The position numbers and the translations under genes are program-made. Shown piece by piece: positions 12,947 to 26,059 of a stretch of 64,000 nucleotides of DNA. The stretch's first letter is position 1, and each line of letters opens with the position of its first letter. The notes below the pieces were generated by a model. That model searched no databases, had not been told where the DNA came from, and saw nothing but the letters and a program-made list of their open reading frames with translations. The stretch is from the human T2T-CHM13v2.0 reference genome, Homo sapiens: NCBI RefSeq assembly GCF_009914755.1, contig NC_060928.1; one strand, given 5' to 3'.

Positions 12947-14119
12947 GGAGTAAACCTAGATAAAGCAAAAACTACAGAAAAACATATGCAAATATGTTTT
13001 ACCTCTCATCAAATCCTAAAAAAATGATATTTTATCTAAAGAGAAAGAACCCAAGATGGATAAAATCTTTGATATGTTAATTCCATTTTTACTTTGTGTC
13101 TATGCATGGAGGAGTATGGGGGTATAGGTATACACAATACATACTTATGTACATACTTGTATAAAAATAAGACCAAGTTATTTTTTCACTTGGACATCAA
13201 GGTAGAGATACTATAGATGTCTGTTAAAACAGAATTTGGGGGGAAAATCTGCACTGATTACTCTTTAACCAATCAAACTAGTCAGGACTCCTTTGGTCAC
13301 AAGTGAGTGAAACAATTCAAATGCAATTAAGACGAAAGTGTCTTTATAGGCATAAAGAACTGAAAAGTTTAGATGTAGTACAAACTTCTAACACAGCTGG
13401 TTTGAATGCTCAGAAGACATGAGGATTGTTTCTATGAATCCCTCAGCTCTCCGTCCATCTGTGTCAGCTTTACTCTGGAAAAAGTTTTTAATGAGGAATA
13501 TCAGTTTGGCCCGCAGCTGTTCCAGGCTGCCATCCTAGACTAAAAACTTCAGCAGAAAGACAGGAACCAGAGAGATGCAGGTCTGTCATGCTAGGAGGTG
13601 TCCAGGGACTGCATCTTATCTTTCTGTCCTTGACAATAAACCCACCTATTCTAGAACTTATCACAAGGCTGGGGTGAGGGCAGTGTATGGAATGTTCTGA
13701 CTGGCCAGACTAAGCCACAGGTCTTCTGGAACTTGGGGAGGGGCTGCACAGTAGGAGATGTTATTCCCACACAAATGATAAGAAAAGATGGAAAATGGAA
13801 TAATTCACTAAGGAAAGTTGGAAGTTCTTCTACCAATATTGGGAGGGATAAATACTTGACAAATAGCACCTTCATATTAACCTGCTTAATTTCTTTCTTA
13901 GAAGGGTATACAATAGGATGGGGTGGGAAGATTCAGTTATTTGTACTTGATAGTTATTTGAATTCTAGAGAAGGGAGAGTTTATTCAGTTAAAAAAAAAA
14001 GTAGATTCAAGAAAAGTTTAAGGACTGTGGAAAAGATAACTAGCTCTCAGGGACAGTAGCAAAGAGCAACTGGCCAAAAAATCATACTACTGAAGTTTTA
14101 CAGTTGATTTCCTTTGCCT

Positions 14120-14636
14120 TTTCTGACCTAGCATCACCTTTTGAGCACCCTTTCCACATCTAGGCGACTTTCTGCCTTTTAATCCACCTCCACATGGTAG
14201 AAGCCAGAAAGCTCACTTTGCCACACTCACTTGCGGCGAAGCTACAGGCATATAACCTAGGCTACCCCAATCACACACACCCATGTGAGACATCATCCCA
14301 GAAATGAGCTACATGGCAAGGCAGGAGCTGAAGGAAATCCACATTTTGGCATAGGTAGCTGCTGAGATGTCATCTCTCAAGGTCAGAATGACAGAATTCC
14401 TGATGTTTCATATCCAGAGTGAGTGGTGTATGCTTTAGTGTCCAGTTGCATCAGAGCCTTTACTGCCACAATCTCACAATGTGGTTAGAGCATTGTTTCT
14501 GACTGCATAGCCTCCAAACCCAACTCTTTAACCCTCCAAAGACTCTCTGAGCTATCTAATATTCCTTAAGAAATATCCTTTTTCTGCTTAAACTAGCAAG
14601 AATCTTAATTTGTAAACAAAGACCCTAATTGAAACA
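14120..14636 (+). mobile_element. ERVL LTR (LTR33-like)
   Basis: End motif TTTTCTGCTTAAACTAGC...GACCCTAATTGAAACA; left boundary approximate. Confidence 0.55.
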
Positions 14637-14641
14637 GTGAC

Positions 14642-15010
14642 TGTATCAAATTTCTAGGGCTGCCATTACAAACTACCACAGAGTAAGTGGCTTAAACAAC
14701 AGAAATTTATTTTCTCATAGGTATGGAGGCTAGAAGTTAGAGATCAAGGAGTCTTCAGGGTTGGTTTCTTCTGAGGCCCCTCTCCTTGTCCAGGTGGCCA
14801 TGTTCTCCCTGTGTCCTCACATGGTTTTCCCTCTGCAGCCATCTGTGTCCAAATTTCCACTTCTTATAGGGACGCTAGTCATATTGGATTAGGACTCACT
14901 CTAATTACCTCTTTAAAAACGCTGTCTCCAAATACAGTCACATTTTGAGGTACTGGAGGATTAAGACTTCAACATATAAATCTGGCAGAGACACAGATCA
15001 GCTTGTAACA
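14642..15010 (-). mobile_element. MLT1 (A/B/C-like) solo LTR
   Basis: TG...CA ends, GTGGCTTAAACAACAGAAATTTATT, perfect 5-bp TSD GTGAC at 14637-14641 and 15011-15015. Confidence 0.9.
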
Positions 15011-15534
15011 GTGACCATAACTGTACCAGAGATAACAAAGAGGACCAAGATTTGCAGAGAAGAAATTTACCGTTGCTATCAAAGAAGTTAATGTACATAC
15101 TCTACAAATGAAAGAGGAGTATTAAAATATTTATATTGGAAAGACAAATTTATGTACTGAAATTTACCACAAGTATAGCATGGTGTAAAAGAGAAAACTG
15201 AGCAATCGTTAGATGAGTTTACCAGTGCAGACACTAGATCCTAATAATAAAATTGGGTCAAAATTATTTGGATAGTTGACTAAACTTTATATTGAATGTT
15301 ATACAGTGACCCCAACCTAAATTCTGTACTTACTGTAGGAATAAGTATAGCCCTCCTAGATTAAGAACACGGACATTGGACAGTCTCTTGGTTTACACAA
15401 ATCACAGTTTTGCCACTTACCAGCTTTGCAAGTTTTCTGTACCTCAATTTTCTCATTTGTAAAATGGGAGTAATTAACGGCATAATTTTAAAAGTCAAAT
15501 ATGCATTATATGCAAAACATTTATAATACCTGGC

Positions 15535-17922
15535 TGATAATGGTTTGGATTTGTGTCCCCACCCAAATCTCATGTTGAATTGTAATCCCCAATGTTGGAA
15601 GAGAGTCCTGGTAGGAGGTGATTGGATCATGGGGGAGGATTTCCCCCTTGCTGTTCTCATGATAGTGAGCGAGTTCTCACAATATCTGGTTGTTTAAAGG
15701 TGTGTAGCACCTCCCCCTTCACTCTCTTCCTCCTGCTCTGGCCATGTAAGATATGCCTCCTTCCTCATCACCTTCCGTCATGATTGTAAGTTTCCTGAGG
15801 CCTCCCTAGCCATGATCACTGTACAGCCTGTGGAACCATAAGCCAAATAAACCTCCTTTTTTTTTTTTTTTAAATAAATTACCCAGTCTCAGGAAGTTCT
15901 TTATAGCAATGAGAGAATGGACTAATACAGAAAATTGGTACTGGGAGTTGGGCATTGCTATAAAGATACCTCAAAATGTGGAAGTAGCTGTGGAACTTTT
16001 TAATGGGCAGAGGTTGGAACAGTTTGAAGAGCAAAGAAGAAGACAGGAAGATGAGGGAAGGTTTGGAACTTCCTAGAGACCTGTTAAAAATGCTGGTAGT
16101 GATATAAACAATGAAGTCCAGGCTGTGGTGGTCTCAGCTGGAAATGAAGAACTTATTGGGAACTGGAGCAAAGGTCACTCTTGCTATGCTTTAGCAGAGA
16201 GACTGGTGGCATTGTGCCGCTGCTCTAGGAATCTGTGGAACTTTGAACTTGAGAAAGATGATTTAGGGTTTCTGGCAGAAGAAATTTCTAATCAGCAAAG
16301 CATTCGAGATGTGGTTTGGCTGCTTCTAACAGAATGGGCTCATATATGTGAGCAAAGAGATTATCTGAAACTGAAACTTATATTTAAAAGGAAGAAGAGC
16401 GTAAGAGTCTGGAAAATTTGCAGCCTGACCATGTGCTAGAAAAGAAAAAAAAAATTTGTTTGCGGGGGAAATTCATGCCAGCTGCAGAAATTTGCATAAG
16501 TAAGGAGGAGCTGAATGTTAATAGTCAAGACAATGGGGAAAATGCCTCAAAGGCATTTCAGAGAACTTCAAGGCAGCCCCTCCCAATACAAGTCCAGAGG
16601 CCTAGGAGGGAAGAGTGATTTTGTAGGCCAGGCCCAGGACTCCATTACTCTGTGCAGCCTGAGGACTCTGCTTCTTGTATCCCCACTGCTTCAACTCTAG
16701 CCATGGCTAAAAGGGCCCCAGATATGTCTAAGGCTGCTGCTCCAGAGGGTGCAAGCCTTAAGCCTTGGCTTCCACGTGGTGTTAAGCCTGTGGTACACAG
16801 AGGGCAAGAGTTGAGGCTTAGCAGCCTCCACCTAGATTTCAGAAGATGTATGGAAACACCCGGATGTTCAGGCAGAAGTTCAGCTGCAAAGGCAGAGCCC
16901 TCGTGGAGAACCTCTACTGGGGCAGTACAGAGAGGAAATGTGGGATTTGAGCCCTCACACAGAGTCCCCACTGGGCCACTCCCTAGTGGAGCTGTGAGAA
17001 GAGGGCCACTGTCCTCCAGACCCCAAAATGGTATATCCACCAATAGCTTGCACCATGCACCTGGAAAAGCCACTGGCACTCAACGCCAGTCCATAAAAGC
17101 AGCTGAGGGAGCTGTACCCTGCACAGCTACAGGGGTAGAGCTGCCTAAGGCCTTGGGAGCCCACCCTTTGCATTAGTGTGGCCTGCATGTGCAACATGGA
17201 CTCAAAGGGGATTATTTTGGACCTTTGAGATATAATTACAGCCCTGCTGGGTTTCAGACTTACATGGGGCCTGTAGCCACTTTGTTTTGGCTGATTTCTC
17301 CTTTTTGGAATGGGTGTATTTACCCAATACCTGTATCCCCATTGTATCTTGGAAGTAACTAACTTGTTTTTTATTTTACAGGCTCATAGGTGGAAGTGGC
17401 TTGCCTTGTCTTGGATGAGACTTCAGACTGTGGGCTTCTGAGTTAATGCTGAAATGAGTTAAGATTTGGGGACTGTTGAGAAGGGATGATTATATTTTGC
17501 AATGAGAAAGACAATATTGGGAGGAGCCAGGGGCAGAATGATATGGTTTGGCTCTGTCACTACCCAAATCTCATGTCAAATTGCAATTCCCATGTGTCAG
17601 GGGAGGGGCCTGGTGGGAAGAGATTGGATCATGGGGGCAGATTTTCCCTTATTGTTCTTGTGATAGTGAGTGAGATCTCTCACGATATCTGCTTGTTTAA
17701 AAGCGTGTAGCTCTTCCCCCTTTGCTCTCTTCCTCCTGCTCTGGCAATGTAGGACATGCCTGCTTCCTTTTCGCTTTCCTCCATGATTCTAAGTTTCGTA
17801 AGGCCTCTCTAGCCATGCTTCCTGTACACTCTGTGCAACTGTGAGCCAATTAAACCTCTTTGCTTTATAAATTACCTAGTCTCAGGAAGTTCTTTATAGC
17901 AATGCAAGAATGGACTAATACA
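15535..17922 (+). mobile_element. Full-length MaLR (MSTA/THE1D-like): LTR 15535-15929, internal region, LTR 17539-17922, inserted in a MIR
   Basis: Two homologous LTRs ending GGACTAATACA, typical MaLR internal sequence, MIR halves on both sides. Confidence 0.95.
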
Positions 17923-19455
17923 TGGGCATTCACTAAACACTCAACAAATCGTGGTTATTACTACCTAAAACAAACTAAATTCCTTCAGAAGTTGTAAACA
18001 TCCAATATATTTTATTCTTTTTAATTTCCCATCCAATACATTTCCATGACTAATTGCAGTATTTTCCTACCATTTCAAAGATTTTTCTCCCAACCTTCCC
18101 CTCATGTTCTTTATTTACCCTAAATGATCCTGGGCATTTGCTACTTTCTCATTCTAGTGCTTTCCTCATTCACAGCTGTCTTCACATGTATAGATACATA
18201 ATCATTAGTAACCTCTTCCTTTCTTCCCTAAATTTTTAAAACTCTCCTCAGTTACCTCAGGAAATTCCTTCTTGATCTCTGGTTCCAATTTTAAAGAGTC
18301 AAGATCCAGTTATATTTTGAAATAACCTTTTTATATTACACGAATTTTATGGGAATAATTCTAAAGGTGAACACTAGATGGCAACATTTTTAAATTTTGC
18401 TGTTCTAAAATCTAGTCTGATAGATGGCAAATGCTGAGAGCCTCCAAATAGGAGTATATAGTTCTTTAGTTTCTTAAACATTTTTTCCTTCTAGTTTTTA
18501 AACATCAGATAAGCTTTTAGATCTCTCCATAAAGGAACTGTATGGTGTTTAATTCTTAAAAATAAAGCATTTCTTTTTTATATCTTATATAATCCCTTTT
18601 TATATCTTATATAATCGTTCTAAAATATTTTCTAATTTTATTTTTTCCTTAAAATAACAAATCTAAGCTGTATCTATTTATTAATTGTGCCATATTCTGT
18701 TTAAGGTATTTTCAGTAGTTTAGTTCTTTGAAATAATAAGCTTTTATTTAATTTTACAGAGAGCTAGAGATGATATTTTATATAATATATATAACAGAGG
18801 TATACATACTTTTTCCTTTCCTCATGTGTTTTCTTATGGAAATTTGAGCTCAGAGACTAAAAATAACAGGTGAGAATTTCCTGTCATGAGGATGAGGAAG
18901 AGTAGGGGTGTAGTTTCTACGAAAAAGTAATTGTTTTGCAAATCTTCTAATTTTCCTTAGGAAGTGAAAATGTGAACTGGGATTTCATTCCTGGTAAAAA
19001 TGTAAAATTCTTTAAATAAAAATATACCTTATTATAAAAATATATTTTACACTAAGGAGCTTTTAATACAAAACATCACTTAGGACTCCAAGACCAAAAT
19101 GGACAAAGAATAGGAACGATAAAGAAGACATGCAAAAAGCTAATTACCACATGAAAAGGTTAAAAATCACTAGCAGTTTTACAAAGCAAGAATCAAATGC
19201 TCTTTTGCCTTTAAGTTTAGCAAAAATAAAAACAATGTTTGCTGTCTTCCCCTCCCCATTATCAGACTGAATATTCAAAATATTGTAGTAACAGCCTGAG
19301 TTCAAATCCCAGCTCAGAATTCTACCTATCTATCTGGACTTGGTCCAATTTTTTTACTTCTCTCCACTACAGTTTCCTAATCTGTAAAACAAGACTAGTT
19401 AGCAAAATGAGGATTAAATATGTTAATCCATGTAAAGTTTAAAAAAGGGTACCTG

Positions 19456-19795
<340 letters not shown>

Positions 19796-19949
19796 TTATT
19801 AATTTTGTAAGAATACCTGGCATATATGTGTTTACCTAATATATGTACCAGTTATATTAGCATTGTATAAATATTACATAGTATAAATATTATAATTTTA
19901 TTCCAGTGGTGGATTGGGTATAGAATGTTTAAAAAAATAAACAACAGAA

Positions 19950-20487
19950 CTATAAAGATAAGTAGACAAAAAAGGCTACAGAAATATTATTAGAAAAAGA
20001 AACAGAAGGATCTTCTAGAAATGTAACTGTTTAATTTTTTAATCAATAAACAGATTAAACAGGTTTTAAAGGTATTTAGAAATAAACTGAGCATCAATAA
20101 TATTCACAATCATAAATAAACTTAACTCACTATTAAATGGTTGATTGTCCAGTTGTATTTAAAAAATCCAGCTAAATACTGTTTAGAATACGGGGACATA
20201 AAACATAAGGACATAGTAAAAAGTTAGTAAAAAGATATACCTGACAGATATTAACCAAAAGAAATCTTGATGGAATATTAGTATTGAAACAAGTTTATGA
20301 CCAAAAATATAAAAACAAAAACAAATCACCCCAAAACATTATTAAGGAAAACTAAGTTCACCAAGAAGCTTTAATGATTTCAGTTTTGTATGTGCTTGAT
20401 AAAAGAGCCTTAAAAATATAAAGCAATAATTGATAGAATTACAGGAAGAAATGGACAACTCTACCATATAATGGAAGATTTCAATAT
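19950..20487 (+). mobile_element. Old L1 (L1ME-like) ORF2 endonuclease-region fragment
   Basis: Degraded EN motifs ending in GAAGATTTCAAT (GDFN-like). Confidence 0.6.
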
Positions 20488-20641
20488 TCATTCACTCATC
20501 TTATTCAACAACTATTTTTGAGTGTCTGCAGGCTAGGGACTCTTCTACTCACTGGGAAGAAAACATAAAAATCCTTACCTTTTTGAAGCCTAGATTATAA
20601 TGGAAGGAGAGAGAAAATATATACAAATACTTAAATATAGT
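20488..20641 (-). mobile_element. L2 3'-end fragment
   Basis: TTCATTCACTCATCTTATTCAACAACTATTTTTGAG...AAAATCCTTACC...GCCTAGATTATAATGG. Confidence 0.6.
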
Positions 20642-21124
20642 ATAACCTTATGGAAATATATCCAGGATAACATAAATTCTAAAACTATAAAATGGATGTT
20701 TCGCTCCCATCCACCACTCTATCCTACATGTAGAACAGATAGGGAGGAGGAATATTGCTTTTGTTCTGAGGTTGGGGGATGGAATAGGGTACATAATAGA
20801 TAGGGCAGCCAGGCAGCAAACTAGCACAAAATCCACAGGAGAAGTGGAGTTCGAATCCCGCTTGCTCAGTAATTGCCCCATTCAATATTCCCAAACTGGG
20901 CCAACAAAATTTGCACTATCTAGCTAGGAATTTCCTGGAATCATTACTGCTTTCCTGACATCCAGTCAACTACAGGCCCGGAATCAATCCCGTCAATATT
21001 TAGGTTGGAGTGGACAATCACCGCCGGGTGGTGCCAAACTGCTAGGACCAGGATTGATTCGCATAGTGAAGCAATATCTCCAGGACTGTGCACTCTCCTA
21101 CTCATTTTATTAATTTCCCGCTGA
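20642..21124 (+). other. Candidate non-retroviral endogenous viral element, mononegavirus matrix-like (VP40/M fold), degraded
   Basis: Non-repeat, CpG-retaining island. Frame 20691-21113 has one internal stop in about 140 codons. Motifs RLGDGI, PIQYSQ..FALSS*E and WSGQSPPGGAKLLGPGL are co-linear with Ebola VP40 RLGPGI, PVQLPQ..FDLTALK and WTDDTPTGSNGALRPGI (from memory, by eye). Confidence 0.5.
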
Positions 21125-23010
21125 AAAACAAGAAAAATAAATCAAAGATGAAAGGTTGGAAAGGAAGACAAAGGACTTCATTATTTTACAAATGATACAA
21201 TAGTGTATACAAAAATTCCAAAGACAACCTATTAGAAGCAGTAAGTTTACCATATCATTGCTATGCAAAATTCAGCTGCATTTCTATAAAAATCTAACAA
21301 GTACTCAGTAAACATTTCTAGAGCATAACAAGCACAAAGAAAATTTAATGTAAAAAGAGATTCCATTTAAATAGCTCAAAAATAGAATACCTAAAATTAA
21401 TTTAATGAATAATAATAAAGCCTGTACAGAAACGTTATGAAACGTTATTAAAATACACTCAGATCTAAATAGGCTGTGTTCATGGAAAGGAAAACTCAAT
21501 TTTTTTCAAAGTCAGTTGTCCTCAAATTGATCAAGAGAGCTAATATAATCACAATCAAAATATCAATAGAAATTTTGTGAAACATGACAATTTCAACATA
21601 ATTCTGAAATTTATGGAAAAGCAAGAATATCCATGGCATGCCTCAATTAAAAATGGAAACTTGGCCAACAAGATATCGAAACTAATGATGAAGCCATAAT
21701 AATTCAGATAGTATTTTGGCATAGGGAAAAGCCAAATGACCAACTGAACGAAAGAGAGAACCCAGAAAGACCAAAGAATATATGGAAACTTGATATATAA
21801 CAGATGGCAATGGTGATCAATGAGAAAAGTTTATACTAAAATTAAACAGATAAATTTCTATTTATAATAAATAAATAGGGAAAAAATCTTTCTACCTTAG
21901 AGTAAAATCTTATGTAGATGGAAAGATGAAGGTAGAAAATCACCATTTGGCAATCATCATAGTAATAACTGATTCAGACAAAATTGCCAACCAATGCCAA
22001 AACTAGTGGGTTGCAATTTGGTAAACAACAGAGTAGTTACATCCTCTCAAACTACTTCTACTTAAATTACTTTATTACAAAGAAGAAAAAACAGTACTAT
22101 TAGAGTGAATAAACCTTGAAGACATCACCTTAACCAAGTAATCAAAGTTGACAATATCAAAATTGGGAAAAACTGATATTTTATTATTTCTGTTGTGTTG
22201 CATGGGAAAGAACACAACCTCATCTATATAGTATTCCTGATAAAAAATGGATAACCTAAATGCAATCATAACGAAACATCCCATGAAGAAAACCTACATT
22301 CAAGGACATCCTACAAAATAATTGGTCTGAACCGTTAAAAAATGTCAAGGTCAAGAAATATAAAGATAGACTTAGGAACTGTTCCAGATTAAGGGAAACA
22401 AAAGGGACATGACAACTAAATGTAATACGGGATCCTGGATTGGATCCTGTACCGGGGGAGGAGGAGATGGAAGGGTAGAACAGGGTGGCTATAAAGGATA
22501 TTTTTATTAGGACTATTTTATTAGGACAACTGAAGAAATTTTAAAATAAATTATAGACTAGGTAAAGTATTACATTAGTGTTAAATTTTCTAATTTTGAT
22601 AATTGAATATTCTCATTCTTAGAAAACATATGCTCAAGTATTTAGGCAATGAGATGTCATCTGCAACTTATTCTCAAATGGTTCAAACAACAAAACATGC
22701 ATAAAAAGAGATAACAAGAAAGCAAATTTGGCAAGTGATAATAATTGAATCTGGTGAATGGTGTACAGGAAATTTTGCAATGTTCTTGAAACTTCCCTGT
22801 GCTTTACATTATTTTTAAAATTAAAAGCTAAACAATAGCAAGAGAATGGTAAATAAAAAACTGAAAACAGTGGTTACCTCAGAAAGTTGGGGAAGGCCGC
22901 AGAGTGAGAGAAGGGAGAAAAACATAGGTAAGTGCAACAGTGCTGGTTATATTCTAGTTTCTACATTAGAAGATGGAATTTTGAACATTCATTGTGTTAT
23001 TTAGCTTTAA
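21125..23010 (+). mobile_element. Old L1 ORF2 (RT onward) and 3' UTR fragments
   Basis: GGTTGGAAAGGAAGACAAAGGACTTCATTATTTTACAAATGATACAATAG (degraded GKEE..LFADDMI), TGTTCATGGAAAGGAAAACTCAAT, L1M 3' UTR motifs. Confidence 0.75.
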
Positions 23011-23018
23011 TTATCTAT

Positions 23019-23344
23019 GTGGTCAGCCCTCCATATTCATGGGTTCTGCATCCCTGGAGTCAACTGACTACAGATTGAAAAATATTTAAAAACATACAAA
23101 CTAAAACAACAATAAAAATAACACAAATTTTTAAAACAATACAGTAAAATGACTATTTACATAGTATTTAAACTGTACTGGTTACTATAAGTAACCTAGA
23201 GATGATTTAAATTATGCAAGAGAATATGCACAGGTGAAATGCAAATACTATACCATTTTATATAAGGAACCCAAACATCCACAGATTTGGGTATCCCAGG
23301 GGATTCTGGAATCAATTCCCTGTGGATACTGAGGGCTGATTGTA
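23019..23344 (-). mobile_element. MER2 (TcMar-Tigger MITE)
   Basis: Degenerate terminal inverted repeats GTCAGCCCTCCATATTCATGGG / CCTGTGGATACTGAGGGCTGATTG; internal CTAGAGATGATTTAAA. Confidence 0.85.
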
Positions 23345-24119
23345 CATTATACATTATATCTTTGTGTATGTATCAAATATTATATTTTAAAAGAATAAAG
23401 GGAAAAAAGGATAATGAGGCATGAATCGAATATGTCTGATGAGCTGTATGAAGGCATGAGCTGTATGCCCTTGAGTATGTTTCTTTTTCTCTCTGAAGTT
23501 CTGGTTCATCACCTACAAAAAAAAAGGGAATAAAAAGATCTATTGTGTTGTTTTGTGTAAAATGTTTGGCAGCAAGTGCTCATTAGATGGTAGCTGTTGT
23601 TATTTTCTCTGATAGGGCAGAGATAAAGGCAGAATACCCACAATGATAGGCTTGATAAAAGTGATGAAGATTTGGAATGTTCTTCATCACCAATTGGTAA
23701 GGAAGTTTCCTAGGGAGTAAAACTGAGCCAGTGTTGGGAATGAAATAGATAGAGAGTCAATGAGCTTTATATATATATTTTTTTTCTCAGCTGCACTCCA
23801 TAGTCTGGAAGAAAGACTTGGAAACAAAACCTCAGATACTTATATTGAAAGGTCTTGAGGAAGGTCAACAAAGCAGACGGGGCTGCAGAGAATGAGGCAA
23901 GTGCAGCTGCTCAGGGGATTCTGCCTGGGCAGCAAGCTTTCTCTTATCTGAAATGTTGGGAAAGGAGACACTATTTAGGGGAAGTCAAAGATATAAAGTG
24001 AGCTGATAATTTAGTAGGTTAACTAGAGACTGTGCATGGAAGAATGCCTAACAGAATAACAGTTTTCCAGTACAGAATACGTGAATTCATTTCTAATTTA
24101 TACATGAAATAAAAAAATT

Positions 24120-24671
24120 CTTTTTAAATTTTGTATTTCCATAGGTTTCTGGAAAACAGGTGGTATTTGGTTACATGAGTAAGTTCTTCAGTGGTGATTT
24201 GTGGGATTTCAGTGCACCCATCACCTGAGCAGTATACACTGAACCTAATTTGTAGTCTTTTATCCCTCACCTCTCTCCCACACTTTCCCCCAAATCCCCA
24301 AAGTCCATCGTATCATTCTTATGCCTTTGTATCCTGGTAGCTTAGCTCTCACTTATGAGTGAGAACATACGAGGTTTGTTTTCCATTCCTGAGTTACTTC
24401 ACTTAGAATGATAGTCTCCAGTTCCATCCAGGTTGTTGTAAATGCCATTAATTCATTCCTTTTTATGGCTGAGTAGTATTCCATGGTATATACATATACA
24501 CCACAATTTCCTTATCCAATCATTAATTGATGGGTGTTTGGGCTGGTTCCATATTTTTGCAATTGCAGTGTGGAGATTCCTTAAAAAAAACTAAAAGTAG
24601 AATTACCATTTGATCCAGGAATCTCACTACTGTGTGTCTACCCAGAGAAAAAGAAGTCATTATACAAAAAA
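24120..24671 (-). mobile_element. L1PB-like 3' end with 5' inversion (inverted part 24566-24671)
   Basis: Antisense L1PB 3' UTR switches to sense L1 sequence (CAGTGTGGAGATTCCTTAAA...) at about 24566. Confidence 0.85.
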
Positions 24672-25257
24672 TCATTCTTACATGATATATGTACAACTAG
24701 CTTGTACAACTTCCCGTATAGTTTGCCAGTTTTTATGTACCAACATCCCTAAACAAATTTTAAAAACTCAATTAAATATATATTGAGCAGCCAGTTTGTT
24801 CAAGGACAGCTTCACTATAAGGTATATAATAAAAGAACTGTTATAAGTCAATGATTGAGTGAAATTTTAATTTTTCAGTGTCAACTCTTTTATAGGAATG
24901 AGCATATACACACAGCTAACTTAAGCCCACCATGCATGAAACTGAACTCAAAAAGTATGAAAAGTAGAGCAAATTTAATGATGTTTATACATCACTAAGA
25001 GTCAATTCAGTGAAAAAATTAAATAACATCAATTGTTTGGTATCCAAAACTTGAAACTTTTTCTATGTAAACAGTATATAGAGACAATCTATCTCTCTAA
25101 AATAATAGAAATATTGCCAAAGTACTATACTATACTAGTTGTTGGTATGTGGGAAATTCTTTTGGTTACTTGTTTCTGTGTTTAATTTTGTGAATATTAA
25201 TTATTTATATTTTACATCAACTATTTATCATTATCTTATTTTTATATCAATATGGTA

Positions 25258-25553
25258 CTTTTCTTTAGAGACAAGGTCTCACTATGTCACCCAGTCTGGG
25301 GTTGAGTGGCGCAATCATAGCTCACTGTAACCTTCAACTCCTGGTTTCAAGCAATCCTCTCACCTCAGCCTCCCAAGTAGCTAGGCTACAGGTATGGGTC
25401 ATTATGCCCAGCTAATTTTTTATTTTTATTTTTTGTAAAGACAGAGTCTTGTTACATTGCCCAGGCTGGTCTCAAACGCCTGGCCTCAAGCAATCCTTTG
25501 GCCCTGATCTTCCAAAATGTTGGGATTATAGGCGTGAGCCAATGTACCCAGCC
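25258..25553 (-). mobile_element. AluJ
   Basis: GAGACAAGGTCTCACTATGTCACCCAG...GGCGTGAGCCAATGTACCCAGCC. Confidence 0.95.
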
Positions 25554-26059
25554 CAACATGAACATATTAATTAACACAATATTATCTATCCTTTCTCCTT
25601 TCCTTGCTTCCTGTACTAAATGCAGACAACGTCAGAGATGAAGGCAGATATTCAAGTGGAGGATTTTAAAAGAAATTCACTATAAAATTCTGGGAGTTAC
25701 AGGTACAAGAACTAGTAAGCTAACTATTGTCTTGTTTTTACTCTGACAGCTTTGCTACAGTCACTGTGTTCTACACAAATAGAACGATATGGAGAAGTTA
25801 TGACAACTAAAGTGAATTTCCTGAGAAATGTAATTTTGGAGAAATTGAAGGATTTAGGAAGAGATGATACTCACAGAGACATAGCAATGTTGCATTTGAA
25901 CTGATGTAACAAACTGATTATGAAGAGGCATAGTGGAAGAAAGGGATATTCAGGGGAACAATAAAAAGTCATCTGTGACCAACTAAAAATCCCATGTTCA
26001 AAATAGCTCAAAGAATCAAAATGCTACTCTTATTTTAATCACTATGTTTTGAAATAAAA

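Noticed and set aside
11741-13584. Inverted 21/23-nt match between 11741-11763 and 13562-13584
   Set aside because: Does not extend, has no TSD or transposon structure, and is plausibly coincidental.
16125-17197. Overlapping ORFs of up to 174 aa
   Set aside because: They lie within the MaLR internal region, whose degraded GC-richer sequence commonly yields such ORFs; not host genes.
21105-21130. ATTAA pentamer as a filovirus transcription stop signal
   Set aside because: Not followed directly by GAAAAA, and the pentamer is trivial in AT-rich DNA.
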